Source of the DNA: Candidatus Heimdallarchaeota archaeon
GTDB taxonomy: Archaea; Asgardarchaeota; Heimdallarchaeia; JABLTI01
DNA: 21,185 nt
Direction: 5' to 3'
NCBI GenBank assembly: GCA_030614005.1
Contig: JAUWKS010000055.1
Location: 1-21,185 of the forward strand
Shown here: positions 1 to 8,266 of the stretch, piece by piece
Numbering within the stretch: position 1 is the stretch's first letter
Layout of the letters: every line of letters begins with the position of its first letter
Notes under the pieces: generated by a model
Told to the model about the DNA's origin: nothing
Databases searched by the model: none
What the model saw: only the letters and a program-made list of their open reading frames with translations
Program-made: the position numbers and the translations under genes

Positions 1-156
1 ACCCACAAGACCTATAGGTGGTCGCTGATCTTTGGCAGTAGACTCAACCTCAAATCTCGTCTGCCATTGACCATCTGCAAGCAATTTCAAAATTGCTATT
101 TTTGCTTGATCATCTGCGACTAAATTATAGATGCGATTAGCAATGATTGAATTCAT
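1..156 (-). CDS. 5' part of a hypothetical protein, possibly winged-helix (runs off the window edge)
   Basis: Not in the ORF track. Hand translation from ATG 156: MNSIIANRIYNLVADDQAKIAILKLLADGQWQTRFEVESTAKDQRPPIGLVG, open to position 1. The ATG overlaps the sepF stop (ATGA, 156-153), typical of translational coupling. KIAILKLLADG..T..EV resembles the start of wHTH domains (inference). Confidence 0.6.
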   Translation of the reverse strand, partial: MNSIIANRIYNLVADDQAKIAILKLLADGQWQTRFEVESTAKDQRPPIGLVG

Positions 157-578
157 ATGATTCCTTCCTCTGTAGGAGGTTCAGGTGGAGTCATTTCTTC
201 CGAATTTTCATTTTCCTCAAGTAGTCTTTTGATTAGGGATAATTTCATATTTGGAGGAACGACAACCACAAAATCCTTACCTAAAGCAACAATATCTCCG
301 CCATAGGTTCTTGTAAACGATTTCAATTGTTGAATAGAACGTTTAAGACGGATCATATCCAATCTTGCAAGGTCTCGTACTCCGAGAATAACAACATTTC
401 CCCTAGAAATTGTATCACAAATCATATCTACATCGTGTAAACCTCGGAGCGTTAAAGTTAACACTTCTTTTTGCTCGAGATTTTGAAGATGGTCTCTTGT
501 TTTCCTTCTAAAAAGGAAGCTGGATGTGCCTATAATTGTACCTACACCAATAATTCCTAAAGCTGTTAATATAACCAA
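153..578 (-). CDS. sepF: Archaeal SepF-family cell division protein with N-terminal hydrophobic segment
   Basis: Core LRGLHDVDMICDTISRGNVVILGVRDL...LKRSIQQLK...GGDIVALGKDFVVVVPP matches the SepF pattern (GNIV, GGDI, TP/PP end). TTG start with GGAGG 8 nt upstream (587-591). Confidence 0.75.
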   Translation of the reverse strand: MVILTALGIIGVGTIIGTSSFLFRRKTRDHLQNLEQKEVLTLTLRGLHDVDMICDTISRGNVVILGVRDLARLDMIRLKRSIQQLKSFTRTYGGDIVALGKDFVVVVPPNMKLSLIKRLLEENENSEEMTPPEPPTEEGII

Positions 579-692
579 TTGTTAATCCTCCGTAGATTAC
601 CAATGTATCATATTCAACTCCCTACATTAAAAGACAAAGAATATGCGCATATTACAGAGAAAGTAGCTAGAGAATAAGAGAACCAAAAGTGA

Positions 693-1001
693 TTAGAATC
701 GCACCAAACTCATCGGTAACCACTCTTTATTTCCATCGTTATATTCAATTTTAATGTTTTCACCTTTGACTTTGATTACAGAACCGGGATAGTAGTTTTC
801 TCCACCCTGCCATCGCCCTTCAATAGGAAGCCCTTTTTCTATTCCTATTGGTCTAATATATTCAATAGTTAATATCTCAACTGTTCCCTCATCATAAACC
901 ACATGGATATTCAATTCATCTATTTCTTGAATAGTACAAGCATACCAATAATCATCTTGACGCCAATTTGCTAATACACGGTCACCTTCGGAAACAGTCA
1001 T
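693..1001 (-). CDS. Stand-alone tandem Tudor/Agenet-like domain protein
   Basis: Two ~50-aa repeats: GDRVLANW..DDYWY..TI.EI....HVVYDEG..E.L....IRP and G..IEGRW.GGENYYPG.V..V....IKIEYNDG.KE.L....VR. AGGTGA SD at 1006-1011. Confidence 0.8.
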   Translation of the reverse strand: MTVSEGDRVLANWRQDDYWYACTIQEIDELNIHVVYDEGTVEILTIEYIRPIGIEKGLPIEGRWQGGENYYPGSVIKVKGENIKIEYNDGNKEWLPMSLVRF

Positions 1002-1035
1002 TGTATCACCTATGCTCTTTCTTTTAATTAAACGA

Positions 1036-1050
1036 TTTTAAAAGAGTTTC
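1036..1050 (-). promoter_or_regulatory. Putative BRE/TATA promoter for the Tudor gene
   Basis: Minus strand GAAACTC-TTTTAAAA about 35 nt before the ATG. The same GAAANNN-TTTT(A/T)AA pattern recurs upstream of pgsA, mutL and mutS. Confidence 0.45.
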
Positions 1051-1056
1051 AGCTAA

Positions 1057-1227
1057 TTAAATCTCAGAAATCGCTGTTACAGGGCAGCATTCAATGCAAT
1101 GCCCACAATCTGTGCAACCTTCGCTAATCTCTAATTTATTATTCTCAATATAATAGAGACCCTCGGGACAAATTGTTGCACAACCTAAACAGAATCCACA
1201 AACTTTATGATCGATTTCAACAGGCAT
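1057..1227 (-). CDS. 2[4Fe-4S] dicluster ferredoxin (56 aa)
   Basis: Two CxxCxxCxxxCP motifs (CGFCLGCATICP; CTDCGHCIECCP). Start moved to ATG 1227 (MPVEID), giving a typical ferredoxin length. Confidence 0.9.
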   Translation of the reverse strand: MPVEIDHKVCGFCLGCATICPEGLYYIENNKLEISEGCTDCGHCIECCPVTAISEI

Positions 1228-1311
1228 TTTTCTGAACACCACTAAATAGAAAAACCATCTAAGATAATAAATTATTCGTATTAAATGTTTAAACCACTTG
1301 AGGGACATGTA

Positions 1312-1539
1312 ATGGTAATTATAGCAAAAGAAATTGAAAGAATGGTAGAACTAGAAACAAAGGCTTGGGACACAAAAGATGTTGAAATCTTACTTCAATT
1401 ATTCCATCCAGATATGGTTTGGCCTTGGCCTGCAACTAATCGTTCTCACGATCCAATGGAATGGAAGAAATATTATTCAGACAAAGCTTCATCCTTAATT
1501 GTGAAGGGAATAGACACATTAACAAAAACATTACAATGA
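1312..1539 (+). pseudogene. Truncated or internally deleted SnoaL/NTF2-like (DUF4440-type) gene
   Basis: EIERMVELETKAWDTKDVEILLQLFHPDMVWPWP...HDPMEW is a recognisable NTF2-like N-terminus. The ORF ends after ~75 aa; recalled family length is ~140 aa. TTTAAA TATA-like box at 1288-1293. Confidence 0.55.
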
Positions 1540-1563
1540 ACTCCTTTCTGGAATTAACTTTCT

Positions 1564-1764
1564 TTATCTACTAGAAAAAGCATTAAAAGTATTATAGTAA
1601 ACAGCCACTAAAGGCATTAAGAACGGTTTAGAAACATAACGAACAATTAGTCCTGCCTATTCTTTGTCAGCATAAATTAGTAATTCACCAATCAAATGAG
1701 CAACCGCAAATAAATAACAAGAGAATATAATCCATGAAGGGTATTTCCGACCAAGACTCTGAGT
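1564..1764 (-). pseudogene. Remnant of a YhhN/lysoplasmalogenase-like membrane protein gene
   Basis: Not in the ORF track. Hand translation: TQSLGRKYPSWIIFSCYLFAVAHLIGELLIYADKE*AGLIVRYVSKPFLMPLVAVYYNTFNAFSSR*. RYVSKPFLMPL..YY matches the recalled YhhN KPLLMP motif. In-frame TAG at 1659-1657, TAA at 1566-1564, no ATG start. Confidence 0.55.
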
Positions 1765-1791
1765 TAATAAAAAAAAGAAAAGACAGCTAAC

Positions 1792-1799
1792 TTATTAAA
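1792..1799 (+). promoter_or_regulatory. Putative TATA box for a near-leaderless priL-priS transcript
   Basis: TTATTAAA ending about 20 nt before ATG 1820; no SD upstream of priL. Confidence 0.4.
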
Positions 1800-1819
1800 C
1801 ATTCTTTTCTATTCTCTTG

Positions 1820-3139
1820 ATGAGGAAAACCGGCTTGATTCCAGATTGGGTTGTGATTAAACGTTTAGATGAAGTCTCTATCCCTCGAGAGAAATTTCAG
1901 ATAGATATGGAAACTTGGCCGCTAATTGCTCGAGAGAGAGTTAACAAGTTTATTCAAGGTGCTCGTTGGTATCCTTCTAAGAGTGCTTCCAGAGGAAGTT
2001 ATGAGCAAGAAATTTATGAAGAATTTGCTGGTCATGGATTACTTAGACTTGCTGCAGCTGATAACACACGTATTATTGGTTGGCTAATTGAGCAAGAAGG
2101 TGATCTTTTCGAGTGGCGTTATCTCCATGCTAAGACTATCCAAGAAAAAGTAGATATTGCCAAGTATTTTTTTGGTGAAGACAAAGTTATTGGTCCGAGA
2201 GATCTTTGGGCACGGTTCAAGATCGATAATAAATATTTCAAGGATTTTAAAATGGGAAATAGACGGACTGGCGCTATGGGATTGCATTTTACCTGTGTTC
2301 CCAAAATTGTTAGCATTCGTTCTGCTCTTTTACGTGATGGTTGGGTTCTTAGTACCGTAGATGATTTCTCCAATGGAGTTAAGGTTGCCTTTGAAGAAAC
2401 CTTGAGGAGAAGAATAAAAGAAACCATCACACGTTTGGATCCAACGACCCGAGAAGCTGTTAAAGAAGTTCAAGAAGAAATTGGTCGGTTAATTCACTCA
2501 ATAGCTTTTGCCAGAGGAAAAGTAGATCTAGAAGATTATAATCTATTCAATCGACAGGATATCTTTCCTCAATGTATGTTAGATTTATATAATATTATTA
2601 TGAGCAAAGGACATTTGAACCACTCCGAAAGGTTTCAGCTTGGATTATATCTAAAACGATTGGGAATGTCAGTGGATGAGCAATTGCGTTTCTGGTATAA
2701 TAACGCAGTTGATAATGCTGGAATGTCATATGAGCAATTTGCACATGGTAATCCAGGATATATCATTAGACACATGTATGGGTTGGCAGGTGGAGAAACA
2801 GACTATGATGCACCTGCTTGCAATAAATTACAGTTTGAATATTATTGCACCTTTATGCATCAATCTGTAGAGGAAATCGATAAACACCTTCGTAAAGAAT
2901 TTAAGAATCCATCAAATCAGAAAGAGAACGCAATTCGACAATTAGAAAGCAAAGTTGTTGATAACAAACCTAGTGAAGCTTGTGCAATACTCTTTAGCCT
3001 AAGATATAACCGAGGTTGTAGACCAATATTTCATCCAATTAATTATTCTACTTATGCAGCAAAAGTAAAGAAAATAATTGTTCTTCCGGAACAAACCAAG
3101 AAGAAAGGATTGCCATCTAAGAAAGATAACAAAAAATAG
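1820..3139 (+). CDS. priL: DNA primase large subunit, eukaryotic p58-like, with 4Fe-4S C-terminal domain
   Basis: FPQC...HLNHSERFQLGLYLKRLG...YIIRHMYG...DYDAPAC...YYCTF...EAC...HPINY (four Cys ligands). N-domain GHGLLRLAA...WLIEQEGDLFEWRY. ATG 1820 preferred over TTG 1817. Confidence 0.92.
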   Translation: MRKTGLIPDWVVIKRLDEVSIPREKFQIDMETWPLIARERVNKFIQGARWYPSKSASRGSYEQEIYEEFAGHGLLRLAAADNTRIIGWLIEQEGDLFEWRYLHAKTIQEKVDIAKYFFGEDKVIGPRDLWARFKIDNKYFKDFKMGNRRTGAMGLHFTCVPKIVSIRSALLRDGWVLSTVDDFSNGVKVAFEETLRRRIKETITRLDPTTREAVKEVQEEIGRLIHSIAFARGKVDLEDYNLFNRQDIFPQCMLDLYNIIMSKGHLNHSERFQLGLYLKRLGMSVDEQLRFWYNNAVDNAGMSYEQFAHGNPGYIIRHMYGLAGGETDYDAPACNKLQFEYYCTFMHQSVEEIDKHLRKEFKNPSNQKENAIRQLESKVVDNKPSEACAILFSLRYNRGCRPIFHPINYSTYAAKVKKIIVLPEQTKKKGLPSKKDNKK

Positions 3140-3154
3140 CTCTGAGGCAGAAAA

Positions 3155-4171
3155 ATGATCCAAGCAAAAAACGATGATAAGAAACAGCCCAAAGTTCCTA
3201 CAGAGCTTATACAAAGATATTACAAAGAGATTTTTGATCCCGGTGATTTAATATCAATAATAGGCTTATCCACCTTCTATCGAAGAGAATTTGCCTTTCT
3301 ACTTAAGGGGAACATCTTTGTGAGAAATATCTCTTTCAAAGACACACAAGAAATGATTCGATATATGTCAAAAAATCCAATTAGACTTTCATATATTGGT
3401 GCTGTCTACGAAACCCCTCCATCAAAACAACACAATATTCAACGAATTAAGTGGGAATCTCGAGAGTTTTGTTTTGATTTAGATATTAATGATTACGACC
3501 TTGTACGAGTTTGTGGTTGCCAAGGAAAAGAACAGTACTGTTCTGAATGCTGGTCCTTGGTTCAAGATGCAGCAGCTTTTCTTGATAAATCCCTTCGAGA
3601 GGATTTTGGTTTCAAGGATATCGTCTGGGTTTTTTCAGGCAGAAGAGGTTTTCATGCCTGGGTTCGTGACCCTATTGCCGGTAAATTGTCACAATTACAA
3701 AGAAACAGCATTGTTAGATATTTAACGTTAATTAAAGATGAAACTCGCACACAAGCCGTTGAAAAAGATTTGAAGAACGTTATACCTTTACGAGATCGTA
3801 TTATTGAGATGGTTGCAAAATCCTTCTTTACACGAGCAACAGATAAAGAACTTCGAGCCGAACCTTTCAAATTTACTGGAAAACAAATTGAAAGATTACG
3901 TTATAACCTCAAAAATAGTTCCCGTCCGTTTCACTTTACTTATGATACAATTTTAGATAGTAAGAAAAATCGCGATAATGTTTTCACACATATTATTAAA
4001 TATCGTTTTCCACGCATTGATAGAAAAGTGTCTATAGATATTAGACGAGTGCTCAAAGTTCCGGGAGGAGTGCAAAGTACAAATGGAAGGATTTGTTGCA
4101 AAGTGGATATAAAGAAGATATACCATTTCTTCCCTGAAAATGCACCTAGTATTTTCGATTATTTCTCCTAA
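3155..4171 (+). CDS. priS: DNA primase small (catalytic) subunit, eukaryotic p49-like
   Basis: REFAF, YIGAVY, catalytic REFCFDLD, Zn motif CGC..YCSECW, FSGRRGFH, and FPRID..V....R.LKVP. 15 nt downstream of priL. Confidence 0.95.
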   Translation: MIQAKNDDKKQPKVPTELIQRYYKEIFDPGDLISIIGLSTFYRREFAFLLKGNIFVRNISFKDTQEMIRYMSKNPIRLSYIGAVYETPPSKQHNIQRIKWESREFCFDLDINDYDLVRVCGCQGKEQYCSECWSLVQDAAAFLDKSLREDFGFKDIVWVFSGRRGFHAWVRDPIAGKLSQLQRNSIVRYLTLIKDETRTQAVEKDLKNVIPLRDRIIEMVAKSFFTRATDKELRAEPFKFTGKQIERLRYNLKNSSRPFHFTYDTILDSKKNRDNVFTHIIKYRFPRIDRKVSIDIRRVLKVPGGVQSTNGRICCKVDIKKIYHFFPENAPSIFDYFS

Positions 4172-6102
4172 CTGAAGAATTCTTGAGCAATTGTTGCTAT
4201 TCTACCAGGTTCATATTGTATTGGTCGAGTATTTTGTCGTAGCCAAGCAGGTAAGAATCGAGCAGTGTAACTTTGACCGAAACGATAATCTAAGAAAATA
4301 ATTAATCCTCGATCATTAATTGAGCGTATTGGTCTTCCAGCAGCTTGAGAGGCTCGACGTATGGCAGGAATGACGTATCCATATTCTCTTCCTTTTTTAG
4401 GGAAATGTTCTTCCAGATAAGCGATTTGTGATTCTATACGTGTTGTTGGTCGAGCATATGGAATACCAACAATTATACAAGTATTCATTTGTTTTCCGGG
4501 AAAATCAGCTCCTTCTGAGCTTCGACCACCTAAAACACCCATTAGTACTGCTCCTCCTCTTGTTGAGAGATTCTTGTATTCTTCAATTAATCTATCATTT
4601 GCTGAGGAAGTCATTTTTCTTTGTTCGTAAAAGAATGGTTTGTCAAGATAACTTTCAACACCTGCATCTAATAACCCTTTAAGAACCACATATGAAGCAG
4701 CAAAAATGCCTGTATTTGATGGTGTGTTATTAGCTGCTTCCGCAATAATTTCACACATCTTTTTGTAATTTTCAGGAGTACGATCAGCTAACCTTGTACT
4801 AATTCTATCGATAATAAAACCTTGAACATTCTTTTCTGAATAAGGTGAATCAAGAACTTTCGATACCAGTGGAAGTTTATCTAGACCAACAATTTTTGAA
4901 TAGGAATCAATTGGTTCTATTGTTCCTGAAATATGCACACTATTACTTACATATTCAAGGACATGTTTTGTAGTAAAACGAGCATCAAGAGAAACAACCT
5001 CAAATCTAACACTCCAACCTTCCATACGAGTACGATAGCTTGTAATTAAGTGTAGAAATTCTGTCCTGCTTTTTGTTAGAACAAATCTTCGCAAAAATTG
5101 TCCAATGCGATGAATATATGATCTTGGTGATTTATTTCTAGATAAATATTCATGTTGTATTTTCATTCCAGCACTGATCAATTTATCAACATAATCTAAA
5201 TCAATAGTTGCGCCGATTTCTCTAGAAAGACTGAGTAAAATTGCTCGGGCATCAATCTTCTTTTCAACATCTGAACGTACTTGTGCTTCTTCAAGAACGG
5301 AAGTCAACCCTCTGACAAGTCTTAGAAACTGTGGATAATTGAATGCCTTAATCTCTTTCAAGGCTTGTCGTAGTGAGTAAATACTTAGTTGATCACTTGA
5401 AATGCTAAGAGAAGCATCAATAATATTATGACATTCGTCTACAATTAATAATAACTCACTCATACCACGATCTACTTTACCTAAAAAAATCTCACGAATT
5501 GGTGGGTTGAATAAATATTGATAACTTGCTGCAACTACATCAACTTTTTCAACTAATTTTAGAATGAGTTCATATGAGCACAATCTATTTTCTCTGCAAA
5601 GATTATTTATTTCTGTGCTTGTAGAAGGCACTTCTTCGAGAATCTTCATAACATTACGAAAATTAGGTGACTTCTCATCCATCCTGTTATGGTACTCGCA
5701 TTTTCGTAGTTTCTTTAATTGATTACATAAAACTGAAGCCGTTGCTGCATCATCAGCATGTTTTTCAATTATGGGATGGGGACACATTTCCTTTCTACCA
5801 CGAATTGAGACACCACTAACGTTTGTTTCCTTAGCAATCTCTTTCAATTCAGAAATAACACGATCTGCTTGTTTGTTTGTTCTACAGACGTGTATTATTT
5901 GCAAATCTCGTTCTCGCGCAATTGGTATGCAAGCTGACAATGCTGCAACTGTTTTACCTAATCCATTTGCGCCTTCAATGACCACATTTTTCTTCGCTTT
6001 CAATGCTGCATAAATAGTTGAAATTAGCTCATCTTGAATAGGTCTAATATCATCATATGGAAAAATGTCAATTATTTCAGCAGGGATTTTAATGGCAGTC
6101 AT
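4168..6102 (-). CDS. xpd: XPD/Rad3-family Fe-S DNA helicase (SF2)
   Basis: Walker A variant EGANGLGKT, Fe-S Cys set (EMCP, VLC, KCEY, LCSY), DECH, SGT, GGRSSEGADF, GIPY, QAAGRPIRSINDRG. Start ATG 6102 or TTG 6117. Stop overlaps the priS stop (4168-4171). Confidence 0.92.
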   Translation of the reverse strand: MTAIKIPAEIIDIFPYDDIRPIQDELISTIYAALKAKKNVVIEGANGLGKTVAALSACIPIARERDLQIIHVCRTNKQADRVISELKEIAKETNVSGVSIRGRKEMCPHPIIEKHADDAATASVLCNQLKKLRKCEYHNRMDEKSPNFRNVMKILEEVPSTSTEINNLCRENRLCSYELILKLVEKVDVVAASYQYLFNPPIREIFLGKVDRGMSELLLIVDECHNIIDASLSISSDQLSIYSLRQALKEIKAFNYPQFLRLVRGLTSVLEEAQVRSDVEKKIDARAILLSLSREIGATIDLDYVDKLISAGMKIQHEYLSRNKSPRSYIHRIGQFLRRFVLTKSRTEFLHLITSYRTRMEGWSVRFEVVSLDARFTTKHVLEYVSNSVHISGTIEPIDSYSKIVGLDKLPLVSKVLDSPYSEKNVQGFIIDRISTRLADRTPENYKKMCEIIAEAANNTPSNTGIFAASYVVLKGLLDAGVESYLDKPFFYEQRKMTSSANDRLIEEYKNLSTRGGAVLMGVLGGRSSEGADFPGKQMNTCIIVGIPYARPTTRIESQIAYLEEHFPKKGREYGYVIPAIRRASQAAGRPIRSINDRGLIIFLDYRFGQSYTARFLPAWLRQNTRPIQYEPGRIATIAQEFFS

Positions 6103-6201
6103 TTTATCTAATACCAACTTCTACTTTGGAGAATACGATGATAGAGAATTTTAATCTTTGTATTACAATAAAGCGAAATCTTCCAAGAATTGATTGGTGT
6201 A

Positions 6202-6765
6202 CTAATCCTGTACTTGATCCATCCATTCCGTCAATGAAGATTCTTTATAGAGGGAATAACCTATTTCATCGAACACTTTTGGTAAGTAATCAAAATGAGT
6301 TACGAATAACTTGATGTTTTTACTCAGTTGCTCCCGGAAGGGAATGCCTAAAATATTCTCATTTTTTGAGACAAAATGATGAGATATTTTTCTATAGGAG
6401 AAATGCACATCTTTAGTTAAACAAAGGATACCCAAAAAAAGATCGGCATTATTTTTGGTGCTATAATTCCATCTGTCTTTTTGAGAGGGTTTTTGAGCAT
6501 CTTCAATCGAGTATTCTATTATATATCGTATAATTTGTTTACAAAATTCAGTCTCTCGTTTTCTGGATACAGTATTCCAATCCTTCACTTCAACAAGAAC
6601 ATGAAAAATACGACCTGAAATCTTTCTCAAAGCAACAATATCAATCCTCTTGCCACTTTTCAAAGAAACCTCTTGTTTAACAGCAAAGTGATGTTGTTGT
6701 AAAAAATCCGCAACCTTTGTTTGAGCAATCTTCCAAGCTGGTTTTTCATCACTCACTTTGTTCAC
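6202..6765 (-). CDS. PD-(D/E)xK restriction-endonuclease-like protein
   Basis: N-terminal helix, then RIDIVA...LVEVKDW and a downstream Q..RY, as in Mrr/NERD-type nucleases. Confidence 0.6.
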   Translation of the reverse strand: MNKVSDEKPAWKIAQTKVADFLQQHHFAVKQEVSLKSGKRIDIVALRKISGRIFHVLVEVKDWNTVSRKRETEFCKQIIRYIIEYSIEDAQKPSQKDRWNYSTKNNADLFLGILCLTKDVHFSYRKISHHFVSKNENILGIPFREQLSKNIKLFVTHFDYLPKVFDEIGYSLYKESSLTEWMDQVQD

Positions 6766-6794
6766 ATCAATAAATAATCTACAATATTGATGAA

Positions 6795-7439
6795 CTATTT
6801 TACTTTCGCAACTTTGCTTAGGATTTTTACAACATCTTTGTCGATAGTCTCAATAAATTTGAGTGCGTCATCCAATTCAGTTGAACGATACATTACAACT
6901 GCGATAAGCCTTCTTTCTGGATCTTTAGGCAAGGGTTGAATGGTGAATTGTACAGATTCTTCTGGAAATTTTCCAGTGCCTGCAGCAAGAGTAAAACCAC
7001 TTGGATGTAGTTCCTTGCCACTCCAACTAAATTTGAATGCTTGTTCATTGTATAATTTGTTGAATAATTCCTTAACGGGTGTGGGGGAAAACACTTCAAA
7101 CTTAGAATTTATCTCCATTACAACAGTAGCAGTTAATGCTTGATCCCCTAATACTTTTTCATAAAAGTCATAGGCATCTCTGAACAAAGTTAAAACGTTT
7201 TCTGCAGGTTGAGCATCGATTACAAATCCTTTTCTAGAGAAGACTATTAACGATTGAGGATTTGTTTTTGGACGGAAAAGATATTCTTTCAGAGGGCCTC
7301 TTGGAGTTTTTATTTGTCTAGTATTTTTTGTATAATCTCTTCTAGTAGCAATATCAGCTATTGCTTCAACATCAACTTCAGGTCCAACATGAATGAGATG
7401 TTTGAAAATTACATGTGATCGTTCAACTATAAAGGACAT
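6795..7439 (-). CDS. Hypothetical protein (214 aa, alpha/beta)
   Basis: Long ORF co-oriented with its neighbours, with a GGAG SD upstream. No family recognised. Confidence 0.7.
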   Translation of the reverse strand: MSFIVERSHVIFKHLIHVGPEVDVEAIADIATRRDYTKNTRQIKTPRGPLKEYLFRPKTNPQSLIVFSRKGFVIDAQPAENVLTLFRDAYDFYEKVLGDQALTATVVMEINSKFEVFSPTPVKELFNKLYNEQAFKFSWSGKELHPSGFTLAAGTGKFPEESVQFTIQPLPKDPERRLIAVVMYRSTELDDALKFIETIDKDVVKILSKVAKVK

Positions 7440-7490
7440 TTTTCTTTGCTCCTAATATATGAGTTATTCATTTTTCTATGTGATTATTTT

Positions 7491-8222
7491 TTACTCTTCT
7501 GATTCCTTTTCTTTACTCTCTTCTGGTTCTTGTATAACTTCGTTACCAATTTCAATCATTAATTTACGAATGTAGAACATTCTTTGAATTGTTGTTATAA
7601 ATGATAACAAACCTACCAATATAATTCCAATAGGTAATGCTACAGGCCACCAGATAAAAAGTATGTTGCCAAGTACTAGAATCAATATTTTCTCTCTTCG
7701 CTCCATTATTCCGACGCTTTCAACATTCATTTGTGCAACGCTTTCACCTCGTGCTCGAGAGTAACTTGCAAAGATCATTCCTGCAAAGGAGAACAAACAC
7801 CATGCAGATACTGAGATTGTAGCAATTCCAGGCCAATGAGTCTCGAGAGGTTCGAATGTATAAATTCCAATGGCAATTCCGAACAAGTAACAAAATTCAA
7901 CGAATCTATCCATAACCGGATCTAACACTTGTCCAAATTTGGTTGTTTTTCCCATTGATCTTGCTACAGAACCATCTACTACATCAAGCATTCCAGCGAT
8001 AAACATTAATGGAAAACCAATTGCCCACCAATACTCAAATGTACCCACTCTGCCATTGAATGCATACATTGTTGCAGATGCTATTGCAAACATTGCAGAA
8101 ATCATTGATATGGCATTTGGCGTTATACCCATTTTTCCAATAAATCGACCAAATGGAAGCATCATCTTCTTATATCCGCCCCTTGTCCTTAACTTAAATT
8201 TGCGCCACCAAGACATGAACAT
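7491..8222 (-). CDS. pgsA: CDP-alcohol phosphatidyltransferase (archaetidylinositol phosphate synthase-like)
   Basis: Signature DVVDGSVARSMGKTTKFGQVLDPVMDR; ITPNAIS; SYSRARGES; G.MERREK; multiple TM helices. Start ATG 8222 or 8216. Confidence 0.9.
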   Translation of the reverse strand: MFMSWWRKFKLRTRGGYKKMMLPFGRFIGKMGITPNAISMISAMFAIASATMYAFNGRVGTFEYWWAIGFPLMFIAGMLDVVDGSVARSMGKTTKFGQVLDPVMDRFVEFCYLFGIAIGIYTFEPLETHWPGIATISVSAWCLFSFAGMIFASYSRARGESVAQMNVESVGIMERREKILILVLGNILFIWWPVALPIGIILVGLLSFITTIQRMFYIRKLMIEIGNEVIQEPEESKEKESEE

Positions 8223-8266
8223 CAACAAACTATCTTCTGATATTATATAATCATAAAATAACCTAC

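Noticed and set aside
1228-1308. 27-aa N-terminal extension of the ferredoxin in the ORF track
   Set aside because: Overlaps the divergent promoter region and the + strand ORF; ATG 1227 gives a canonical 56-aa ferredoxin.
1657-1659. Pyrrolysine read-through of the in-frame TAG in the YhhN-like frame
   Set aside because: A TAA follows 31 codons later, there is no start codon, and no methyltransferase context; decay is simpler.
1057-6102. Functional link between the ferredoxin and the Fe-S proteins PriL and XPD
   Set aside because: The ferredoxin is divergently transcribed and separated by pseudogene debris; small ferredoxins are common, so proximity is not evidence.
2084-6314. Short alternative-frame or antisense ORFs within or beside priL, priS and xpd (e.g. 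2119-2430, 3489-3725, 4428-4682, 5771-6013, 6126-6314)
   Set aside because: Shadow ORFs of well-supported genes, without motifs or translation signals.
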